A DNA stretch of 64,000 nucleotides, taken from assembly GCA_900545885.1 (NCBI GenBank), contig URAF01000002.1, positions 89,866 through 153,865 of the forward strand. Direction: 5' to 3'. Position 1 is the stretch's first letter, and each line of letters starts with the position of its first letter. The notes beneath the pieces were generated by a model, which was not told where the DNA came from, did not search any database, and saw nothing but the letters and a program-made list of their open reading frames with translations. The translations under genes and the position numbers were made by a program. Shown piece by piece: positions 39,183-47,054 of the stretch. Origin of the DNA: an uncultured Eubacteriales bacterium (lineage in GTDB: Bacteria > Bacillota > Clostridia > Christensenellales > CAG-917).

Positions 39183-40136
39183 TTATTCCCATTCGATTGT
39201 GGCAGGAGGTTTGGTGGTGATGTCGTATACGACACGGTTGACACCTTTGACCTCTTTGACAATTCTGGAAGACGCCGCACGGAGTACTTCGTAAGGAAGT
39301 TCAACCCAGTCTGCCGTGACTGCATCGTGAGTGTTGATTGCGCGGAGCGCTATCATGTGTTCGTACGTTCTGCCGCCTTCTGCATCAACGCCCGTGGACA
39401 TACTGTCGTTGATGATTGCAAAGTATTGCCACACTTTGTCGCCAAGACCTGCTTTTTCGATTTCTTCGCGGAAAATCGCGTCTGCATCGCGGAGAATGCT
39501 GAGTTTTTCGCGGGTGATTTCACCGATGACTCTTACGCCGAGACCGGGACCGGGGAAAGGCTGACGGTCGACGATGAAGTCGGGCAGTCCGAGTTCTCTT
39601 CCGACTTCGCGAACTTCGAATTTGTAAAGGTCGCGGACGGGTTCGATGATGCCTTCAAAACCGATATCGGCAGGCAGTCCGCCGACGTTGTGGTGGGATT
39701 TGACCAGCTTGTTTTTGCCGTCGGTACCGCTTTCGATGATGTCGGGAAGGATTGTTCCCTGGGCAAGAAATTCGATTTTTCCGAGTTTGGCGGCTTCTTC
39801 TTCGAACACGCGAATGAACTCTTCGCCGATGATTTTACGTTTTTGTTCGGGGTTGGTTACGCCGACCAGTTTGTCGAGGAAACGGTCTGCCGCGTCGACT
39901 GCGACGAGGTTCATACCGAACTGTCCCGCAAAAACTTCCTGAACTTGTTCGAATTCGCCTTTGCGGAGAAGACCGTGATTGACGAAAACGCAGATAAGGT
40001 TGTTGCCGATGGCTTTGTGAATGAGTGCTGCGCAGACGGAACTGTCAACGCCGCCGGAAAGACCCAACAACACTTTTTTGTTGCCCACCTTTGCCTGAAT
40101 GTCGGCAATTTGGTTCGCGATAAAGTTCTTGTCCAT
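39183..40136 (-). CDS. guaA: GMP synthase ATP-pyrophosphatase plus dimerisation domains only (subunit-B-like); no glutamine amidotransferase (GATase) domain
   Basis: PP-loop [11 protein letters not shown] and a canonical C-terminus KPPATIEWE. It is 317 aa with its own RBS (AAAGGAG) and start. Confidence 0.85.
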   Translation of the reverse strand: MDKNFIANQIADIQAKVGNKKVLLGLSGGVDSSVCAALIHKAIGNNLICVFVNHGLLRKGEFEQVQEVFAGQFGMNLVAVDAADRFLDKLVGVTNPEQKRKIIGEEFIRVFEEEAAKLGKIEFLAQGTILPDIIESGTDGKNKLVKSHHNVGGLPADIGFEGIIEPVRDLYKFEVREVGRELGLPDFIVDRQPFPGPGLGVRVIGEITREKLSILRDADAIFREEIEKAGLGDKVWQYFAIINDSMSTGVDAEGGRTYEHMIALRAINTHDAVTADWVELPYEVLRAASSRIVKEVKGVNRVVYDITTKPPATIEWE

Positions 40137-40297
40137 AGAAACTCCTTTTGTAATGGGCGCGAATAATTCGCAGATATTTAATATTTAATTGTGATAATTA
40201 TACAATATTTTGTTTTTCAACACAACAAATCGCAACATATTTTGCCGCACAATTTGATAATTTTTTGGATGCCGCACGTTCGGGTGTGTGATGTTGG

Positions 40298-40334
40298 CAA
40301 AATAAAATAACGCGGACAGTTCCGCGTTATTTTG
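40298..40334 (-). terminator. Terminator of the amino-acid ABC operon
   Basis: Stem aacgcgga/tccgcgtt with a T-rich tract on the minus strand (TTATTTTATTTT). Confidence 0.6.
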
Positions 40335-40350
40335 TAGTGTCGCAGGTATT

Positions 40351-41358
40351 TCAGTCTTCTTTGAGTACGTCTTCGAGAGATTTTTGCAGGAAGGCTCTTG
40401 TCTTTTCGCTCTGCGGTGCTTCGAAAATCTGATACGGCGTTCCCATTTCTTCGATAACTCCGTCCGCCATAAAAATGATTTTGTCAGCGACGTTGCGCGC
40501 AAACTCCATTTCGTGCGTGACGACAATCATGGTACTGTCGCCCGATTTCAGACCTTTTATGACTTTGAGAACTTCTCCCGTAAGTTCGGGGTCGAGTGCG
40601 GACGTTGGTTCGTCAAAGCACAGAATGTCAGGTGACAACGCAAGCGCACGTGCGATGGCTATGCGTTGTTGCTGTCCGCCGCTCAGTTCGCAGGGATACG
40701 CCGTCGCGCGGTCGCCGAGTCCGACGCGTTCGAGCAGCGATTGTGCTTTTGCGTCTATTCCGCCTAGCAAACGTTCTTTCGCCTCTTCTTTCTCCGCCTT
40801 GACTTTTTCCTTGTTCATTGCGGAGTATTTTGCGCGATAATCGGCTTTAAGCTCCGATTTCCGTGCTTTAAGTTCTTCTTTGGTCAGTTCTTCGTCTGCA
40901 AGCTCCTGAACCGCAGCGGTATATTCCGCTTTGAGTTTAGCGTTTTCTGCTTTTGCTTCTGCGCTTTTTGCTTCACGGGAAATGCGTTTGTATTCGGCGC
41001 GGAGTTTTTCTTTCGCAAGCAGTACGGACGCAAGTTTGATGTTGGTTATCGCGTTGTAATGCGGGAACAGGTTGAACTGCTGAAACACCAGTCCGAAGTG
41101 CAGCCTTTTGGTGCGGATTTCTTCGGCGGTTTCCTTCTTCGCGGCACTTCCGTCAAACAGGATTTCTCCGTTTACCACGATTTGTCCGCTGTCTGCGGTT
41201 TCGAGAAAATTGAGGCATCTGAGGAGCGTTGTTTTGCCGCTTCCCGACGAACCTATTATGGCAAGTACTTCGCCTTTTTGCAGTTCGAAGTCAATGCCTT
41301 TCAGCACTTCGTGTTCTCCGAAACTTTTTTTCAGATTTCTAACTTCGAGTATCGCCAT
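40351..41358 (-). CDS. Polar amino-acid ABC transporter ATPase (GlnQ-like) with a roughly 80-aa coiled-coil insertion
   Basis: Walker [11 protein letters not shown]-loop FQQFNLFPH, signature [15 protein letters not shown] and Walker [16 protein letters not shown]-rich insert lies between the Q-loop and the signature motif. Confidence 0.85.
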   Translation of the reverse strand: MAILEVRNLKKSFGEHEVLKGIDFELQKGEVLAIIGSSGSGKTTLLRCLNFLETADSGQIVVNGEILFDGSAAKKETAEEIRTKRLHFGLVFQQFNLFPHYNAITNIKLASVLLAKEKLRAEYKRISREAKSAEAKAENAKLKAEYTAAVQELADEELTKEELKARKSELKADYRAKYSAMNKEKVKAEKEEAKERLLGGIDAKAQSLLERVGLGDRATAYPCELSGGQQQRIAIARALALSPDILCFDEPTSALDPELTGEVLKVIKGLKSGDSTMIVVTHEMEFARNVADKIIFMADGVIEEMGTPYQIFEAPQSEKTRAFLQKSLEDVLKED

Positions 41359-41359
41359 A

Positions 41360-42040
41360 TCACACCTTGTAATAGTCCAGTTTCTTTTCCAGGAATGCGA
41401 AAAGCAAAGTCAGTACGCCGTTGAATATGAGGTAGAAAGCGCCCGCATAGAACAATGGCCATATGACGACGTAGCGGTTGACTGCTATTTCTGCTGCCAT
41501 GATTATCTCCACAACGCCTATTGCACGTGCAAGCGATGTGTCTTTGACAAGCGTAATGATTTCGTTCGACATAGGAGCCATAATGCGTTTTATGACCTGC
41601 GGAAGAATAACGCGCATGAACGTTTGACCTTTTGTCATTCCGAGAACTTGTGCCGCTTCGCGTTGACCTTTCGGTATGCTTTCGATGCCGCCGCGGAATA
41701 TTTCAGAAAAATATGCGGCGTAGTTGATTATGAAAGCTATGCAAACGAAAATGAAGTTGACGTTTGCCATTGTTGTGCCGAAAAAGGCTGCAATTTGTTT
41801 GTTCATAATGCCGAATACCGTGCTTGGAATAAAGCTTATTACGATAATCTGCAAAATCAGCGGTGTGCCTCTTATGACCCAAACAAATATTTTTGTCAAC
41901 CAACGCAGCGGTTTGAAACGTGTCATTGAGCACGCAGAAACTATCAAACCAAGCGGAATTGCCGCCACAAGCGTGACGGCAAACAGCATTACTGTCAGTC
42001 CGAAACCGACGAACAGTTCTTTTGTGATATCAACAAACAT
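41360..42040 (-). CDS. Amino-acid ABC transporter permease (HisM/GlnP family)
   Basis: Five TM helices and an EAA loop (EAAQVLGMTKGQTFMRVILPQ). Confidence 0.85.
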   Translation of the reverse strand: MFVDITKELFVGFGLTVMLFAVTLVAAIPLGLIVSACSMTRFKPLRWLTKIFVWVIRGTPLILQIIVISFIPSTVFGIMNKQIAAFFGTTMANVNFIFVCIAFIINYAAYFSEIFRGGIESIPKGQREAAQVLGMTKGQTFMRVILPQVIKRIMAPMSNEIITLVKDTSLARAIGVVEIIMAAEIAVNRYVVIWPLFYAGAFYLIFNGVLTLLFAFLEKKLDYYKV

Positions 42041-42049
42041 TAGTCTAAA

Positions 42050-42940
42050 TTAGATTTCCATAGTCAGCAGTTTGTAAGCTGCGGAACCGTTTTCGACTGC
42101 CACGATAGTGTTTTTGGAATTCTTCATGAATTTTGCTATGGTGTCATATTTGTCAAGGTCGCTGGTCAAAACAACGCAGGACTGCTTGTTTGCAAGATAA
42201 GGAACGCTGATGCAGAGTTCTTGGGACAAAACGGGGTCGATTGTCATGCCGTTCCAAATAAGGTCAATGCTGCCGTTGTTGATAAACGTGACCTTCTTGC
42301 TCCATTCGATTATGGTCATTTCGATTTCGATCTGTGTTCCGTATGTTTCGTTGAGATAATCGAAAACCGCTTTTGCAAGTTCAACGTCATAACCGACAAG
42401 CTGGTCGTTTTCTTTATATGCAATGGGTGCGAATTCGGTGTAGCCGATTACGACTTTTTTCGCTGCAACCAGTTGATTCCAGGAATCGTCGGTTGCGCCG
42501 GCGTAAGGATCGGTGGTTTCGGCATTGATTTTAATTTCGTTTTCAAGACCGTATTTTGCGGCGATAGTTTGCATTTTGCCATTGTTGTAAAGAGCAATCA
42601 TCGCTTCGTTGACTTTACTCATCAATGCTTTGCTTGTAGATTTCGCGCCAATGCCATAGTCTTCTTCGCTGAGCATAAGTTCGGGGAGGATGCTCATTTT
42701 TCCGGCAAAATCACCGCGCGAGGTGTAATAACCTGCCATAATGGAGTCCATAACGGCAATATCCGCACTCCCGTTGTTGAGTTGTGTCAAAGTGTCAATT
42801 TGTGCAGTGAGAGGCAAGAGCTCTTTTCCGAAAAGAAGAGAGTTTGTGTTCTTTTCGTCGTTGTTGCAGGCGGTAAGGCCGATAGCAAGCACGCTGACAA
42901 GCATCAGAACGGCCACGATAGCGATGATGGATTTTTTCAT
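42050..42940 (-). CDS. Amino-acid ABC substrate-binding lipoprotein
   Basis: Lipobox LTAC in MKKSIIAIVAVLMLVSVLAIGLTACN. Type 3 SBP-like features (DLIWNGMTI). Confidence 0.8.
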   Translation of the reverse strand: MKKSIIAIVAVLMLVSVLAIGLTACNNDEKNTNSLLFGKELLPLTAQIDTLTQLNNGSADIAVMDSIMAGYYTSRGDFAGKMSILPELMLSEEDYGIGAKSTSKALMSKVNEAMIALYNNGKMQTIAAKYGLENEIKINAETTDPYAGATDDSWNQLVAAKKVVIGYTEFAPIAYKENDQLVGYDVELAKAVFDYLNETYGTQIEIEMTIIEWSKKVTFINNGSIDLIWNGMTIDPVLSQELCISVPYLANKQSCVVLTSDLDKYDTIAKFMKNSKNTIVAVENGSAAYKLLTMEI

Positions 42941-43477
42941 ATAATCTCCTTTACGGGTGAAAATAAACCACCCTTTAATTCGGTTGATGGTGTCATTATA
43001 CTTTAGTTCGCTAAACTTGTAAAGCGTTTTATGCCACTTTTCGGAAAAACTTTTAATTGAATTTTAATCAGTTTTCATGTCCGCTTGCATATTGATATTC
43101 GTGACTATGTGATGGCGTGAGTTGTGGCAGATAACAATTTAGGAAATGCGGACATAATTATTGATAATAAGCAATAATAAATTTATGTGACAAATAAATA
43201 CAGCAAAGAAGTCAATAGAAAAAATGAAAAAGTATCAAGCCAATTCAATGTAGGAAATGAAGTTTGTCAATTCACCTTTGCTAAAACACGTTTTGTCTTT
43301 GAGCGCGAAATTGAAAAAAGCAAAATTCACAAAACAGTATGGCAATCAAAAAGCAGTATAGAAAACAATATAGCTTATACTCATATGTCGATTGACGCAA
43401 ACGAGGACGGTTCAGATGTAAAGACGTGCATATGAGAACAGTCGCCGAATAAAAGCGCAAAAATGCGAGAAATTCCG

Positions 43478-43506
43478 TTGACAGTGAGACATTGCGGTGA
43501 TAAGAT
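43478..43506 (+). promoter_or_regulatory. Candidate promoter of the T-box leader
   Basis: TTGACA (43478-43483), a 17-nt spacer, then TAAGAT (43501-43506). Confidence 0.4.
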
Positions 43507-43514
43507 TATATCAA

Positions 43515-43790
43515 ATCAATAAACCGTTGAAGGGAAGAAAACGGGAAACGGACTAAGAGAGAGTCGACGACGGTGTGATGTCGGCAGGAACCGAACCCGA
43601 TAATATGGGCCCCCGAGGGCCGAGGCGAAAGGAAACAAGTAGCCGAGGACGTAATGCTCGCGTAAGAAGCCTGACTGTGTTGGCAGTCGAAGAGAGGGTG
43701 CGACAGCGATGTCGTATCAATGCAGGGTGGCACCGCAGAATCGAAAGATTTTGTCCCGGCAGCAGTTATGCTGTCGGGATTTTTGTTTTT
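43515..43790 (+). promoter_or_regulatory. T-box leader (tRNA-Trp-specific by inference) with terminator
   Basis: AG-bulge AAGAGAGAG (43555-43563) and distal-loop GGUGUGA (43572-43578). T-box sequence AAUGCAGGGUGGCACCGCAG (43719-43738). Terminator ucccggcagc/gcugucggga plus a U-run (43754-43790). Candidate specifier UGG at 43606-43608. Confidence 0.8.
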
Positions 43791-44173
43791 CGGTTGAAAA
43801 CATAATCGCGAAAATCAAGCAACCTGCATAGCACCTTTAAGACGCAAGAAACAGCGAACCTAGGAAAATCTTGATTAAAACACGTATCGTGTTTCAAGCG
43901 AGCAATGCGATATATGCGCGCAAAATCGACACTGCAACAGTTCCTTTCCCGATAGCTGCAATCATGTGCTAAATTACAGACAGAAACTCAGTAGCTGTGC
44001 ATTGTATGAACAGTATAAAATACACGAAGTGTGTTTATTTTGATAAAAAGAAAATAGCATAAAACACGATACGTGTATAAATTATTCAAAATTGACAGTA
44101 TAACTGTCTCGCAAACAGCAACCTGATGTTTCGTAATCGAAACAGTGGGAATAAATTATGGGAGGTAATTCCT

Positions 44174-45553
44174 ATGAGCAACAAAAAAGAGATACCTTAT
44201 AAGATTTATTTGTCAGAAAACGAGATGCCTAAGGAATGGTACAACGTGCGCGCCGATATGCGTACCGACCACAGACCTCTCCTTAATCCTGCAACATTGC
44301 AGCCTGTCACGCTTTCTGATCTGGAACCCGTCTTTTGTACCGAACTTGCAAAGCAGGAACTGAACGATAGAGACGCTTATATAGAAATTCCCGAGGAAGT
44401 GCGCAATTTCTATAAGATGTATCGTCCGTCTCCGCTGGTGCGTGCGTATTGCCTTGAAAAAGCGCTTGATACACCTGCAGAGATTTATTATAAGTTCGAA
44501 GGCAACAACACAAGCGGAAGCCACAAACTGAACAGCGCTATTGCACAGGCTTATTATGCGAAGAAACAGGGGTTGAAAGGCGTCACCACCGAAACAGGCG
44601 CCGGACAATGGGGTACTGCTCTCAGTATGGCGTGTGGATACTTCGGACTTGATCTTACGGTTTATATGGTCAGGTGTTCTTACGAACAGAAACCGCAGCG
44701 CCGCACCGTCATGCAGACATACGGCGCAAAAGTCATTGCATCGCCCTCTGATACTACGGAAGTAGGACGCAGAATGCTTGCGGAAAATCCCAACAATACA
44801 AGCGGAAGTCTCGGTACGGCCATTTCCGAAGCTGTGGAAGTCGCGACCAAAACCGAAGGAACGCGTTATGTTCTCGGCAGTGTTCTGAATCAGGTTATGC
44901 TGCACCAGTCGATAATCGGACTTGAAAGCAAAATAGCCCTTGAAAAGTATGACGTCTATCCCGATATCGTAATCGGTTGCGCGGGCGGCGGAAGCAACCT
45001 CGGTGGACTTATGTCGCCTTTCATGCGTGATAAATTAAAAGGGCAGGCAAAAACGAAGTTTATCGCGGTCGAGCCTATGAGTTGTCCCTCTCTTACGCGC
45101 GGTAAATTTGCATACGACTATTGCGATACCGGAAAAGTCACGCCTCTTGCGAAGATGTACACATTGGGTAGCGGATTTATTCCTGCCGCATCTCACGCGG
45201 GCGGATTGCGTTATCACGGCATGAGTCCTATTCTCAGCCAACTCTATCACGACGGATATATCGATGAGGCCCGTGCTGTAAGTCAGGTCGACATTTTCGA
45301 TGCGGCGGTCAAATTTGCAAGAGTCGAGGGTATTCTGCCGGCACCCGAATCCGCGCACGCAATTAAAGTGGCGGTAGACGAAGCATTAAAGTGCAAAGAG
45401 AGCGGAGAAAAGAAAGTTATACTCTTCGGTCTTACGGGAACAGGGTATTTCGATCTGATTTCTTACGAACGTTTCCTCAACGGTACGTTGAAAGACGCAC
45501 CTCCTACAGATGAGTCGCTTGCCGCAGGCGAAAGCTGTCTGCCGAATGTCTGA
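44174..45553 (+). CDS. trpB: TrpB-like PLP-dependent enzyme (tryptophan synthase beta, TrpB2 type)
   Basis: A long N-terminal extension typical of TrpB2. PLP-lysine region NTSGSHKLNSA and GGGSN loop GCAGGGSNLGG. GGAGG RBS. Confidence 0.85.
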   Translation: MSNKKEIPYKIYLSENEMPKEWYNVRADMRTDHRPLLNPATLQPVTLSDLEPVFCTELAKQELNDRDAYIEIPEEVRNFYKMYRPSPLVRAYCLEKALDTPAEIYYKFEGNNTSGSHKLNSAIAQAYYAKKQGLKGVTTETGAGQWGTALSMACGYFGLDLTVYMVRCSYEQKPQRRTVMQTYGAKVIASPSDTTEVGRRMLAENPNNTSGSLGTAISEAVEVATKTEGTRYVLGSVLNQVMLHQSIIGLESKIALEKYDVYPDIVIGCAGGGSNLGGLMSPFMRDKLKGQAKTKFIAVEPMSCPSLTRGKFAYDYCDTGKVTPLAKMYTLGSGFIPAASHAGGLRYHGMSPILSQLYHDGYIDEARAVSQVDIFDAAVKFARVEGILPAPESAHAIKVAVDEALKCKESGEKKVILFGLTGTGYFDLISYERFLNGTLKDAPPTDESLAAGESCLPNV

Positions 45554-45630
45554 TGTGAGGTCAGAAAAAGCGATAGCATGTGTGATTGCAAGCGCTTGGT
45601 CGCGTAACACAAAATTATTCAAAATCAATA

Positions 45631-45662
45631 AAAACGGCCTTTCAAGACGAAAGGCCGTTTTT
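45631..45662 (+). terminator. Intrinsic terminator
   Basis: Stem cggccttt/aaaggccg followed by TTTTT. Confidence 0.8.
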
Positions 45663-46912
45663 CATATATTGCGATTATTTAACATTGTTGCTTGAGCAGG
45701 TAAGTTGCTCATATCAGATTATTGCCAACAACAGCAGACGCATCTTAAAGTTTTCTGCGGAAATGTCTATGAAAAAACTATAGCGGTTTGATGTAGGGCA
45801 ACTTGCAAAGTTAAGCAGGGTAGAGTCGTATGCGGTGTTAGTTGTGTATGAATTAATAGCTTCGAACTTTTGTGCTTAGCTCAAGTAACATTCATGCAAT
45901 TATCGGCTTGCAATAAAAAATGCCTAAAGCGTTTACACGTCTTTGTTTCTATGTATTAATTCAATAAGTATGTGACGGCATGACATGCTGCTATCGATCT
46001 GTTTTGCTTTGTAACATGCAACTAAATCGCTATAATGGCTTTTTGTTGGAACATACATTTATATGATTGGCTTGTGCGTGCATCGCGAATTATTGCCGAT
46101 ATGTTTAATTTTGTTTAGACAATATATTTTTCTTTTGTTAATTAAGCCAACTTCGGCCATTGCGTTGATTATGGTTCATGTGCCTTGAAAAGTTATTTGT
46201 AAAGCATGGATTTGTGTCGGAAGTATCCGAATTGACAATGAAGTGTTAGAACATACCATATTTGTAGACAAAGACGATAAAATCGGCTAAGGAATTGCGG
46301 AAGAAAAGAGAAAATCAAATAAAAAACAAGAAAATTAGCCATTAGGGCGCTGTTTTGGTGCGGAGCAATTTATAAGGCGTAGGAACAATTTAAAATCTGC
46401 GAACAAAGCTGTTTTGCTGTCGGAAGTGAAGAAAATGACAGAATTGGACGTGCTTTCTGCACGGAGAAAGAAAATGCCTGAAAACATCTAAAATGCCTGA
46501 AAGTATTATATTTGGCTTGAAAAACTACTTTTGAAAACCATTGTTTTTATAATACTTTTCTTCAAAAGAGTCATTTTTAGAATTGTCGGGGCGACAAGCA
46601 GTGCAAAATTTCTTCTTTCGAATAACAGTAATGAAATGACAATTAACATTGGAAAAACATAGTATTTATTGAAGATTATGGCGTAGTTTAAGTAAAATCG
46701 GGCATTTTTCAGGTGTTGACAGGCTTTTGAGAGTTTTGAAAGATACCCTGTTGGCAATTTTTGAGAAAATTTGAAAAAAATGATTAGCTTTTGTGGCTTT
46801 GTACTGTGTAAATTTCGTAGACGCGATTTGTTTTGAAAATCTGCTTTTTGTAGGCGTTGCTTTATTCTTGCGGATATTGTTCGTCATCGGAATTAAGCTG
46901 AATTTTTGTTGC

Positions 46913-46941
46913 TGTACATTTTTTTTGTTTTATTGTATAAT
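46913..46941 (+). promoter_or_regulatory. Candidate extended -10 promoter of the ClC gene
   Basis: TGTACA, a 17-nt spacer, then TATAAT. A TG lies directly upstream of the -10, so TGTATAAT spans 46934-46941. Confidence 0.4.
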
Positions 46942-47054
46942 GTAACATATTTATTATGAATAACTGCACTGCCTGTTCTTTTGTCAGGGTTTAGGGGCGG
47001 TCGCGGCTGTTGCTGCCCGAACGCATGCAAAGCGTTTCGGCTCGCGAGGTGGCG

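Noticed and set aside
40137-40300. Possible purine (guanine) riboswitch upstream of the guaA fragment.
   Set aside because: The minus-strand leader is short and AT-rich. It has no three-way-junction purine aptamer consensus.
43187-43435. 82-aa GTG-initiated ORF in the AT-rich region upstream of the T-box promoter.
   Set aside because: It has no RBS, a Lys/Asn/Glu-rich composition typical of random AT-rich ORFs, and no recognisable motif.
46942-47054. Possible fluoride riboswitch in the GC-rich leader of the ClC gene.
   Set aside because: The leader lacks the crcB-motif conserved elements. The channel keeps the canonical GSGIP and GxEGP chloride-type motifs rather than ClC-F features.
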